A stretch of 64,000 nucleotides of DNA from Sediminispirochaeta sp. (GCA_024763455.1 JANTFL010000001.1:26678-90677), one strand, 5' to 3'. Shown: positions 46,191 to 54,848, counted from the first letter of the stretch. The notes: generated from the sequence alone by a model not told the origin. Program-made: numbers and translations.

Positions 46191-48395
46191 CTAATGAAGC
46201 CCCAACTCATCAAAAAGTTTTTTATAAACTGAAAAGTACTCGGAGTTTGCAAACTCTTCTATCTTCTCCTCTGGGAGGGACTCGAGCAGCTGATCCATAT
46301 ACGATAGAACTGAAATAACCTCAGATTGCAGATGAGATGGAATCGGTTCTTCTCCAGGAGCATTGTCTGCTATTTCAGTATCCTCTGTTATTTCTTCAGG
46401 AATTTCGATTTCCTCAGGTGCCTCAACAGAATCAGACAATAAATCATCATCCTGGAGTTCCGGTATCTCGATATCAATAGCAGTACTTTCCATAGGTTCA
46501 GAAGGTTCTTTAGGGGGAAGAATATCAAATTCCTCATCAAGATCATTAAGCTCCGGCAGGTCTTCTACAAACTGTTCTTCACTTACTTCTGGAACTTCTT
46601 CAACACGTGCTGCCTCTTCCGGAATCTCAAGATCGGTAAGGTCGGAATCCAGAGAAAGTTCTTCTTCCTCCGGCATCTCCAGGTCGGTAAGGTCAGAATC
46701 CAGAGAAAGTTCTTCTTCCTCCGGCATCTCCAGGTCGGTAAGGTCGGAATCGAGAGAAAGTTCTTCTTCTGGGATCTCAAGATCAGTAAGGTCGGAATCA
46801 AGAGAAAGTTCTTCTTCCGGGATTTCAAGATTCGGCAGATCTGAATCCAGGGATAACTCAGCCGGTTCTTCCTCTTCCTCGATATCAATAAGTTCCGGAG
46901 TTTCGTCGGCTGCCTCATCAAGTACTTCCAGATCGATCAGATCTTCATCTTCAGCGTCCAAATTTAGTTCCGAAACGTCATCAAGCTCAAGGTTTTCGAG
47001 TTCCAGGTCAGGTTCGTCTGTAAAATCTACATCTTCGGAAACTACAGCTTCCGGTATCTCCTCTGCTTCATCGAGTTCGAGTTCTTCAACTTCCGGAATT
47101 TCTTCTTCCATGGAAAGTTCATCCAGTATATCTGGCTGATCAATTAAATCCAGATCTTCTGCTTTGGTTAGTTCCTCGTCCATGGAAAGTTCTTCAGAAT
47201 CTTCAAGAGATTCAGTTTCTACAGCCAGTTCCTCTGTTATATCAGCCGTATTAAGGATATTATCGAGTTCATCCCCTGTTAGAGCAATAGTTTCGTCATC
47301 ATCCTCATTAAAGAAATCACTCGTCTCCTCAGCTGTTTCATCCGTTTGAGAAGCGGTAACCGGAACTGTTTCAGTTGTTTTTAGAGTAGATAACTCCTCT
47401 TTCATTGTAAGAATTTCATTCTTTATGGTAAGGAGTTCGTTTTCAATCTTTTTTAATACTTCAGAAGCCGATTCAACGGATACTTCAGATGCCGTATAAG
47501 AGGGGATGTCACTTTCAACGATATCCTCCTCCTCACCAGTTGTAAGATCTTCAATGATACTTTCAGTTTCATCGAAGTCAACAGAGAAGTCATCAGGGGC
47601 TCCATCACCGGCTTCTTCATCTTCGGAGATTTCAAGGTCAGGGAGTTCTTCAATAGCAAGTTCTTCAGCTCCAGAGATCTCTTCGGCGTTGCCGGGAAGA
47701 GCAGCCTCTTCTTCTCCTTCTTCGTTAAGGAGGATATCATCATCTTCAAGAAAGCTGTCAACATCAAGGTCTTCAAAATCTTCATCGAGGCCGGAACTGA
47801 GTAGATCATCTTCATCAAGATCAAGATCAAGATCATCAACTGAATCTGTCTCAGGGTTAACGGAACTTATACTCTCAGTTTCACGTTCCGGTTCTGTGAC
47901 AGCCTCGATATCTTCTATATCCTCAAGCTCAAGGTCTTCCAGTTCACTGTCCAGGTCATCAAGATCAGCCAATTCTACATCTTCAAGTTCCAGATCATCC
48001 TCTTCCATAGTCTCCATTTCCGGTTCATCTCCTATGCCAGCAGTTTCAGTCTCTTTGGTATTTTCAGGAGACTCATCAAAAGTCTCTGAAGATTCTATAT
48101 CAAGAGGCATGTCAAAAGATTCGTCTTCTTCAAGATCGAAGTCAAGATCATCCAGTTCGTCAATCTCGTCATCGATTTCTTCTGTAACAAGTTCCTTTTC
48201 AAGTTCTCCCAGAAGATTTTCTTCTTCCTCTGTAATTGCACTCTCAGTAGTATCCTGAATATCATGAAGAGAGAAATCTTCTCCTGTATTTAAAGTGTCT
48301 TCGGTTTCAATCTCTTCCGGACCTGCTTTTACCCATACTCCGTACTGTTCAAGCTCTTTTTCTTTTTTTATGTCATCATTCCCGTTTGACACCAT
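46191..48395 (-). CDS. hyper-acidic repeat protein (~734 aa), function unknown
   Basis: Long ORF. 39 of the first 100 residues are D/E by hand count and the composition is similar throughout. There is no TM helix or signal peptide. Three non-acidic islands are present: N-terminal KELEQYGVWVKAGPEE, a central coiled-coil-like VLKKIENELLTIKNEILTMKEELSTLK, and C-terminal VISVLSYMDQLLESLPEEKIEEFANSEYFSVYKKLFDELGL. AGGAG lies 6 nt upstream of the second ATG (48395); the first ATG at 48401 abuts the SD. Confidence 0.6.
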   Translation of the reverse strand: MVSNGNDDIKKEKELEQYGVWVKAGPEEIETEDTLNTGEDFSLHDIQDTTESAITEEEENLLGELEKELVTEEIDDEIDELDDLDFDLEEDESFDMPLDIESSETFDESPENTKETETAGIGDEPEMETMEEDDLELEDVELADLDDLDSELEDLELEDIEDIEAVTEPERETESISSVNPETDSVDDLDLDLDEDDLLSSGLDEDFEDLDVDSFLEDDDILLNEEGEEEAALPGNAEEISGAEELAIEELPDLEISEDEEAGDGAPDDFSVDFDETESIIEDLTTGEEEDIVESDIPSYTASEVSVESASEVLKKIENELLTIKNEILTMKEELSTLKTTETVPVTASQTDETAEETSDFFNEDDDETIALTGDELDNILNTADITEELAVETESLEDSEELSMDEELTKAEDLDLIDQPDILDELSMEEEIPEVEELELDEAEEIPEAVVSEDVDFTDEPDLELENLELDDVSELNLDAEDEDLIDLEVLDEAADETPELIDIEEEEEPAELSLDSDLPNLEIPEEELSLDSDLTDLEIPEEELSLDSDLTDLEMPEEEELSLDSDLTDLEMPEEEELSLDSDLTDLEIPEEAARVEEVPEVSEEQFVEDLPELNDLDEEFDILPPKEPSEPMESTAIDIEIPELQDDDLLSDSVEAPEEIEIPEEITEDTEIADNAPGEEPIPSHLQSEVISVLSYMDQLLESLPEEKIEEFANSEYFSVYKKLFDELGLH
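46614..46862 (-). repeat. in-frame tandem repeat, 5 units of 48 or 51 nt (ELSLDSDLTDLE[I/M]PEE[E])
   Basis: Five consecutive near-identical DNA units are visible, e.g. ccggcatctccaggtcggtaaggtc[a/g]gaatccagagaaagttcttcttcct occurs twice. They encode 17+16+17+17+16 aa. Confidence 0.9.
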
Positions 48396-48593
48396 TTCCA
48401 TCTCCTGATATTTAGTTCACTTTTACAAATATCGGCAAATAAATTTAAAGTATGACTTATTTATCAGTTTCAATACTATTAATTACAAGTTATCAGAATT
48501 ATAGAGAAATAACAATCAAAATCTAAAAAATATTGAGCCCTTTTCTCTTTCCCGGCTCAAGATTAAGACCTGAATTTCCGTAAAAAAGAACAT

Positions 48594-49067
48594 ATGAAGC
48601 TCATTCACCGTTTACTGATAAGTTTATACACCGCATTTATAGTATTTACCTGGTTATCCTTCTTTGTGGGTCCAAATGGACTGGCAGAAAGCCGCCAGCT
48701 GGAACAATACAAGGAGAAGCTTGTAAAAGGGAATCTCGAAATGGAGAAGATAAACCAGAAGCTTGACAATGAATTTAGAAGACTTGAAAGTGACCCTGAT
48801 AGAATTGCCCTGGAAGCAAGAAGCCTTGGATACTATCGTGATAATGAGGGGATATTCCTTTTGGAAGGATATCATGTAAACCGTAAGGGCTATTCGGTAG
48901 GATCACTTTTCAGAGAATATTCGGGTAAAACTTCAAGTATAGCGGCAATCAGGCTGACAGCAGTATCGCTGGGTGTTGTTGTGTTCTTTTTTCTGACCAT
49001 ATTTTCGAGGAACAAAAATGATTATACTATCCGCAGAAGACGATATTCGGAAGCACGTTATAATTAA
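48594..49067 (+). CDS. FtsB/DivIC-like septum formation initiator family protein
   Basis: 157 aa. It has an N-terminal TM helix, a coiled coil (QLEQYKEKLVKGNLEMEKINQKLDNEFRRLESDPDRIALEARSLGYYRDNEGIFL, matching the family pattern ending ..AR.LG....E) and an extra C-terminal TM helix. Confidence 0.6.
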   Translation: MKLIHRLLISLYTAFIVFTWLSFFVGPNGLAESRQLEQYKEKLVKGNLEMEKINQKLDNEFRRLESDPDRIALEARSLGYYRDNEGIFLLEGYHVNRKGYSVGSLFREYSGKTSSIAAIRLTAVSLGVVVFFFLTIFSRNKNDYTIRRRRYSEARYN

Positions 49068-49584
49068 AACACTGAAAGAAAACGGAATTGTTATTATGCC
49101 CTGCGATACCATATACGGTTTTGTTGGTGCTGTCCCTGATACGGGAGAAAAAATCGCATCAATCAAGGGGAGGGAAGAGGGGAAAAAGTTTCTTCAGCTT
49201 ATTCTTCCATCATGGCTCGGCAACTTTACCGATATGAAAATAGAAGAGGAGCTTCTTAAGGTGAGTCCCGGCTGTATTACCTTTATTATTAAAAACCGGA
49301 CAGGAGATACTACAGCAGTCAGGTTCCCTGAAGATCCCTTCCTTGCTGATATTATTGATGGTGTTGGCAGACCGTTGTACTCAACCAGTGTAAACAGGAG
49401 CGGAGCACAGATCCTGTTCCGCCCCGTTGAAATGATTGAGGAATTCGGCAACGAAATAGATGTTCTGCTTGATGCCGGTGAAATTCCCGGTAAAAAACCA
49501 TCCACCATACTCGATGTTACTGCGAGACCTTACAGAATACTAAGACAGGGTGCAGGTGCTGTTCCGGAAAAGTACCTTACCTGA
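49018..49584 (+). CDS. tsaC: L-threonylcarbamoyladenylate synthase (TsaC/YrdC family)
   Basis: 188 aa. VIMPCDTIYGFVG, KGREEGKKF, PLYSTSVNRSG and STILDVT are YrdC-domain motifs. GAGGA lies 6 nt upstream of the ATG. Confidence 0.8.
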   Translation: MIILSAEDDIRKHVIIKTLKENGIVIMPCDTIYGFVGAVPDTGEKIASIKGREEGKKFLQLILPSWLGNFTDMKIEEELLKVSPGCITFIIKNRTGDTTAVRFPEDPFLADIIDGVGRPLYSTSVNRSGAQILFRPVEMIEEFGNEIDVLLDAGEIPGKKPSTILDVTARPYRILRQGAGAVPEKYLT

Positions 49585-50917
49585 CTATTTTTCGGCACTC
49601 GATATAGTATCTTTTCTCATCTGCCTCCCCCATGGAGAATGTTTTCCTTGGAAATGTTTTATCTTTGACTATTGTCTGAAAGAACGAGTGCTTATCGATA
49701 GCCGGAAGAAAGATTCCAATAGTACCTTTCTTCCGTCCCAGTTTCTCTGTTTCTTCTTTGCCGTGAATGTAGTCAACAGATGCATCTTTATTCTCTGCAA
49801 GAATCGAATCTATGACCCTTTGTATTGAACCTGCAGTAATTGTAGCAGCAGGAGCTTCGATATCAATGGTTCCCAGAACAGATTCGTCACAGTATCCTAT
49901 TCTCTGGTGTGGTTTTTGATTCTCAAGAGAAGCCATAACCTCTTGTAAAGATGATTTTTCACTGATCCTGCAGGAGCTGTATTTTTTTAGTTCTTTAAAG
50001 AAGGTTTCTCTGGAACAGTTAAAAACAACTCTGTGAATCGGTTCGAAAACAATCCCCTCGTCGTGAATGTTCTCAAGCTCAACCAAAGCCCATCTGGCTG
50101 GATGATTCATAAGATCAGGATCAGATGAGTTGTTTTTTTTGATCTCTTCCCAGACTGATTTCGCAGTGGCAAGTGAGTGGTTCCCGTCGCCCATTGCGTA
50201 TAGCAGCAGATCAGAGGAGCCGTATTTGTTTTTAAAGGTATCAATATCCGCAAGTTTTTCAAGTGCGGCTGCAATAGATGAAACAGTTTCTGGGTCATCA
50301 ATCCTATATCCCTCGATATGCCCGCCATTTTTCATCAGATCAAAGTTGTATATCTCCTGAAGTTCAGATGTTTTTGCAGCTAAGGGTTCGATAACGGTTT
50401 TATCCGGATCATCGATAAGAACGAGAATATGAGGCAGCTCCAGTGATGCATCGATCCTGATTTTTTTTCTCGGGGGTATTCTCTCTTCGATTGTTCCTTC
50501 AGTCGCTCTGATCAGGCTTTTAGAGTCTTTTGAATAGTCATACTTTTCAAGATCAAGAGCGGCAACCAGCCCCCATCTATAGGATCCCTCTTTCCCGTTT
50601 TGTCTTTTTACAAGATAGAAAGCAGGGTCATATCTTTTTAAGATTCCATTTTTAAGGTAGTTTTCCATTGTTGTATTGATCTGTTTAATCCTGCGTTCGG
50701 GATTATCCTCTCCAAGATAACATTCTGGGTATATCAAGTTCAGGGTTGAAGGAGAATCCCCGACTGTTTTTTGTACATCTTCCCAATAGCCGGTATCTGA
50801 AGTGTATTGATCACAGGCTACAACCGCCCATTCTTTCATCTTTCCGGTATCTGCAGGTAGGTACACCTCTGGCATTCTGATACCTAATTTAGCAAGTCTT
50901 TTTTCTAAATTGGTCAT
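49577..50917 (-). CDS. DUF1015-like protein
   Basis: 446 aa. The overall layout and the LLYAMGDGNHSLATAK segment (family motif ..ADGHHR..) suggest DUF1015. AAGGGGG lies 6 nt upstream of the ATG. Confidence 0.6.
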   Translation of the reverse strand: MTNLEKRLAKLGIRMPEVYLPADTGKMKEWAVVACDQYTSDTGYWEDVQKTVGDSPSTLNLIYPECYLGEDNPERRIKQINTTMENYLKNGILKRYDPAFYLVKRQNGKEGSYRWGLVAALDLEKYDYSKDSKSLIRATEGTIEERIPPRKKIRIDASLELPHILVLIDDPDKTVIEPLAAKTSELQEIYNFDLMKNGGHIEGYRIDDPETVSSIAAALEKLADIDTFKNKYGSSDLLLYAMGDGNHSLATAKSVWEEIKKNNSSDPDLMNHPARWALVELENIHDEGIVFEPIHRVVFNCSRETFFKELKKYSSCRISEKSSLQEVMASLENQKPHQRIGYCDESVLGTIDIEAPAATITAGSIQRVIDSILAENKDASVDYIHGKEETEKLGRKKGTIGIFLPAIDKHSFFQTIVKDKTFPRKTFSMGEADEKRYYIECRKIVR

Positions 50918-50970
50918 AAATTACCCCCTTAAGTGTCGAATAATATTAGGAAAATAAATAAAATACAAGT

Positions 50971-51993
50971 ATGCATGGTATTTATCTTGATTGTCAGGAC
51001 GCACCCTACAAAACAAACCTGTTGTTCAAGTTCCTTGAAGGAATGAGCTCTGCCGGATTCCGGTATTTGTTTTTTAATCCCGGAAGATTCTTCCCCTGGT
51101 CGGAGGATTTCCATTTCTCTTCCTTCTATACTTATCCGGAAGAATTTATGCAGAAATTCGCAGAGAAGGCAGCACAAAAAGGGATCGTTTTAATCCCTGT
51201 CCTTGATGCTGGAAGCGGAAGCGGTTTTATTGTGGAAAAATTGTTTTACAGATTCATGGCGCCGGAATATCCTGAAAAGGCAGCAATAGATCCCGACACC
51301 GCAGGAACTGTGCTCTTTTTTGAAGAATTAATGGAAGACCTTTTTTCAGTTATTCCGGAAGCCGGGTATCTTCTTGTCCTCACAAGCAGGAGCCTCCCCG
51401 CAGAATCAGAGATCCGGTTTCTTTCCCGGATCATAAAAACTGCTGAAGCACTTGGTAAAAAAATTATATTCACTGAGGGGGGAGGCGGGTGTCTCAACGA
51501 TATTCCGGGGGCTGCAGGGTCTCTGTGTGAGGGGATACAAGAACCTGGCAGAAGTATTCTGAAGTTAGAGAATAGTGAGATAATTATCCGGAGGATACCT
51601 GGGGTAGATCCGTTTACACCTTTCAGTGGCTGGAAATCTCTCTGGGATAAAAGTTCAGAAAGGGAATTTGTAACAGACCGGGAACTGCTGGAATCATTCA
51701 TAAACAATAAAAAGAACTGTTGGGAACTATACAGTACATTGGAAGCTGAAATTTCACTTCTTATCTACGGTAGTGCACGGGGGTCTGTACTAAAAGCTTT
51801 TGACATATACCGGAGGCTTGAAGAATGCTATGGTAAAACTTCAGCTATTCGAAATAGGATTGAATCAGTGTTCTCATCAAGTTTTGAAGGACAATACGTT
51901 GAAAACCTGTGTCTTTCCATTATGGAACCACTTGAGAGTATTGCAAACAGAGCCAAGGAAAAAATCAGAATTCTGGAAAGAAGGAGCTTATGA
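50971..51993 (+). CDS. hypothetical protein (340 aa)
   Basis: Long ORF translationally coupled to thiN (overlapping ATGA). The N-terminal GIYLDCQD..GFRYLFFNP.. is faintly reminiscent of a TIM-barrel glycosidase start, but no catalytic motif is recognised. Confidence 0.45.
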   Translation: MHGIYLDCQDAPYKTNLLFKFLEGMSSAGFRYLFFNPGRFFPWSEDFHFSSFYTYPEEFMQKFAEKAAQKGIVLIPVLDAGSGSGFIVEKLFYRFMAPEYPEKAAIDPDTAGTVLFFEELMEDLFSVIPEAGYLLVLTSRSLPAESEIRFLSRIIKTAEALGKKIIFTEGGGGCLNDIPGAAGSLCEGIQEPGRSILKLENSEIIIRRIPGVDPFTPFSGWKSLWDKSSEREFVTDRELLESFINNKKNCWELYSTLEAEISLLIYGSARGSVLKAFDIYRRLEECYGKTSAIRNRIESVFSSSFEGQYVENLCLSIMEPLESIANRAKEKIRILERRSL

Positions 51994-52622
51994 CGGGGAT
52001 AATCTTTACAGGAGGGGAAGGTCCGGAAAAGAGATTTATTGAAAACGAGATAAAGGCAGGAGACTACATAATAGCAGCCGATTCCGGACTGGATAGAGCC
52101 CTTTTATGCGGATATTCACCGGATCTTGTCGTAGGGGATCTGGATTCTGTAAAAAACAAAACTTTTTTAGATGACATTCCTGCTGACTGTGTTAAGATAT
52201 TCCCTGAAGATAAAGATGAAACGGATACAGAAATCGCCTTGAGAATTATGAAAGAGATAAAGGTTGATCGGGTAATCCTCGCAGGCGGGGGAGGGGGACG
52301 TCTCGACCATCTTCTGGGCATTGTATCCATCTTCGACCGTTCATATTATCCTGATGTTTGGTATACCGCAATGGAGAAGATTGTACCTGTCAGCAGCAGG
52401 GATGAGTTTTACGGAATGCTGGGTAAAACGGTTTCACTGTTTCCCGCCGGTAAGGAACCCTGCAGGATAAAAAGCACCGGTTTGAAGTGGAATCTTGATA
52501 CAGTGCAATGGAGTAAAGGTGATGCAGGGATCAGTAACATTGTTGTTGAAGATCCTTTTACAATAACCATGGTAACCGGAAAAGTACTGCTGATAAGTTT
52601 TTTGAAGGAGTTTGGCGAATGA
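51990..52622 (+). CDS. thiN: thiamine diphosphokinase
   Basis: 210 aa. IIAADSGLD, PDLVVGDLDS, DKDETDTEIAL and AGGGGGRLDHLL are the TPK signatures. Confidence 0.8.
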   Translation: MTGIIFTGGEGPEKRFIENEIKAGDYIIAADSGLDRALLCGYSPDLVVGDLDSVKNKTFLDDIPADCVKIFPEDKDETDTEIALRIMKEIKVDRVILAGGGGGRLDHLLGIVSIFDRSYYPDVWYTAMEKIVPVSSRDEFYGMLGKTVSLFPAGKEPCRIKSTGLKWNLDTVQWSKGDAGISNIVVEDPFTITMVTGKVLLISFLKEFGE

Positions 52623-54367
52623 CGAAAAAAGATGTGGTATTCCACGATCTTTCAAAGGGGCTTACGCAAAATGAAAGGGATGAATTTCTTAAAAAAATAA
52701 AATACAGTCTCAGTTTAGATAATGAAGAAAGTGGGCTTCATCAGGAGGAAATGGACAAGGATGAACGGCTTGCTCTGATTAAAAAAGAGAAGAATGAAAT
52801 ATCCATGTTATGGAGGTTTTTTCTCTGGATACAGTCAAAATTTACCGGGAAGAGTGTTGAAGAGCTGCTCCTTGCTGGAAAACTCCTTCGAATAAAAAAG
52901 AAAATAAAGAAAAAGCACTCCGGGCTTACAGGGTTTGAGACCAGAAATCTTACTCCTCATTTTGCAGAAATGGTGTACGATCTCTATAAATCCACGGTAC
53001 CGGTAAGGACCCTTTTTAAAAGGATTTGGCTGGACGAAAAAGCTCTTAATACATTTTTTATGGATATAGTAGAGGAAGCGGTCGGGGAAAGAATTCTCGA
53101 TCTTGAGGATGTAGCAAGTTTTGATTCCATAATTGGTGCTTTCGGAGAAGCGGGAAAAAAAGATGATGTTAAGAGACTGATCATAGAAAAACTTGATGCT
53201 TACCTTGAATCGCTTAACAGTAATATCTTTAAACAGCTGGAAATCGATCTGCTTCCCATATACAGGCTGAGAGATCTTGTTCTATTCCCCTATGTTCAGT
53301 TTTTTCAGCAATTTGGCTATACCCTCCTTGATACTCCCTATACGGAAAATCCCCAATTTAAAAATGCCTCCGCCATACTCTGTCTGAATGATCTCGAAAA
53401 ACTGAATTTTGCTGTGTATTCTGCTACAAAACTGGAAAGAAGAGTCAATTTTAACTCCAGAATGCTGGACCGCCTTGGAGTTGTCGCGGGGAATGAACCT
53501 GATGAAAATGTTGAGCATTTTTCTTCTGATATGGAATTAGTCATTCAAAAAGCAAAATGGTTTTCTGATAAGATTCCTCTTTCTGATCTCATACGGTACT
53601 TTAAGAAGAATCCTTTTATAAAAATGATCTTTTATATTCCTGAAGTTAATCTAAGAACCTTTTACAGGACCAGCTTGACTGTAAGGATGATAACCCGGAT
53701 TGATGAACGACTTGCAGAAATACAGGAAAAGTATATCGCCCATGAAATAGAGTCGCTTTTTGCCGGAAAGCATTATGTGAAATTTCAAAACTACCGGGAA
53801 TATTCATCAATAGATTACGAGAAACTTGGAGTTTCCTCCTTCAGGAATATGGAGCCATTGTCCCTGATATATAACTTTATCGAGTGCTACTACAGAGGTA
53901 ATGTAATACAATCGATAGTCAGGGTCCTTGAAAAAGGTGTACTGGCGCAGAACAGACTTATGAGGGATAATATGCTGCAGTACGCTTCTGTTATCGAAGA
54001 TGTAGCAGAAAGGATTCGGGTTTTTGATGATTCCCTTTCCCCTGATTCTGAGGAAGGTAAGGTTTTTCACAAACTCAGATTTTCCATGACCAAGGATATT
54101 TCTCAGCAAAAGGTTTTTAGAAAAATTGTTATCCAAAAAGACCGGGAAGCAAGAAATTTATGCGAAGCAGGTATGGATGCTCTGACAGGGTTAAAAAGAG
54201 TGTTGGGTGAGATAAACCGGAGTACGAATGATGCCGTTACCGAGCAGTTAAAACAACACTATCTTATTAACAACAAACCTGTTGTGCTGCAGGATCTGCT
54301 CACTGGTTCTCTGGAGAATCTGAATAAGGTTGAACACCTCTATCATCACATGCTTACAACCGTATAG
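52619..54367 (+). CDS. hypothetical protein, paralogue of the 5189-6892 product
   Basis: 582 aa. It shows collinear motif similarity to the 567 aa protein at 5189 (see that entry) and is coupled to thiN (ATGA overlap). Confidence 0.6.
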   Translation: MTKKDVVFHDLSKGLTQNERDEFLKKIKYSLSLDNEESGLHQEEMDKDERLALIKKEKNEISMLWRFFLWIQSKFTGKSVEELLLAGKLLRIKKKIKKKHSGLTGFETRNLTPHFAEMVYDLYKSTVPVRTLFKRIWLDEKALNTFFMDIVEEAVGERILDLEDVASFDSIIGAFGEAGKKDDVKRLIIEKLDAYLESLNSNIFKQLEIDLLPIYRLRDLVLFPYVQFFQQFGYTLLDTPYTENPQFKNASAILCLNDLEKLNFAVYSATKLERRVNFNSRMLDRLGVVAGNEPDENVEHFSSDMELVIQKAKWFSDKIPLSDLIRYFKKNPFIKMIFYIPEVNLRTFYRTSLTVRMITRIDERLAEIQEKYIAHEIESLFAGKHYVKFQNYREYSSIDYEKLGVSSFRNMEPLSLIYNFIECYYRGNVIQSIVRVLEKGVLAQNRLMRDNMLQYASVIEDVAERIRVFDDSLSPDSEEGKVFHKLRFSMTKDISQQKVFRKIVIQKDREARNLCEAGMDALTGLKRVLGEINRSTNDAVTEQLKQHYLINNKPVVLQDLLTGSLENLNKVEHLYHHMLTTV

Positions 54368-54848
54368 GTGACTTTTCAAGGGCTTTTTTAATCCTTTTAC
54401 AGGTAACCCGGGGATCTTCAACAAGTACTTTTTTACCAGCGATAAGATCAGAGATGCCTATCTCCCGTGGATAACGGGGAATAATATGTCGATGAAGATG
54501 GTTTATGGAAGCCCCTGCGACTGGACCCATATTATACCCCAGGTTATAAGCTGAAGGTTTGTGTGTTTTGTCAATAATATTCAGCAGACTTTTAGTAATA
54601 ACGATCATCTGTCTTTCTTCTTCTTCGGTAAAATCTCTTATGTCGGTTATGTGCCGACGGGGAAATATAATCAAATGCCCAGGGTTGTATGGATAGAGAT
54701 TGACGGATACGATAAAAAGTTCGTTCTCCCAAACCTTAAGTTTTTTAACCGCTGATGAATTTTCAGCAATCATGCATAGAATACAGCCATCAGGCTTCTC
54801 CCCTGTAAGATACTCCATCTTGCTGAAGCTGAAAAAATAGTTACTCAT
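54354..54848 (-). CDS. HIT-family nucleotide hydrolase/transferase
   Basis: It has the histidine triad HLHRHIIPR and the CILC..NLYPYNPGHLIIFPRRH pattern. I moved the start to the ATG at 54848, preceded by GAGAGGA; the track start at 54926 lies inside the upstream gene. Confidence 0.8.
   Translation of the reverse strand: MSNYFFSFSKMEYLTGEKPDGCILCMIAENSSAVKKLKVWENELFIVSVNLYPYNPGHLIIFPRRHITDIRDFTEEEERQMIVITKSLLNIIDKTHKPSAYNLGYNMGPVAGASINHLHRHIIPRYPREIGISDLIAGKKVLVEDPRVTCKRIKKALEKSPIRL

Noticed and set aside
46614-46862. A regular tandem repeat, considered as a possible CRISPR array or other non-coding repeat array.
   Set aside because: The units are contiguous with no unique spacers, in frame, and encode a repeated acidic peptide inside a long ORF. 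No cas genes are present in the window.
46363-47139. A 258 aa Ser-rich ORF on the + strand, together with its twin at 47506-48258 (250 aa) and the smaller one at 47164-47349.
   Set aside because: These are mirror images of the GAA/GAT-rich acidic gene on the opposite strand, where TTC/ATC runs read as TCx Ser codons in another frame. They are low-complexity, lack SD or promoter context, and are fully nested antisense to a much longer ORF.
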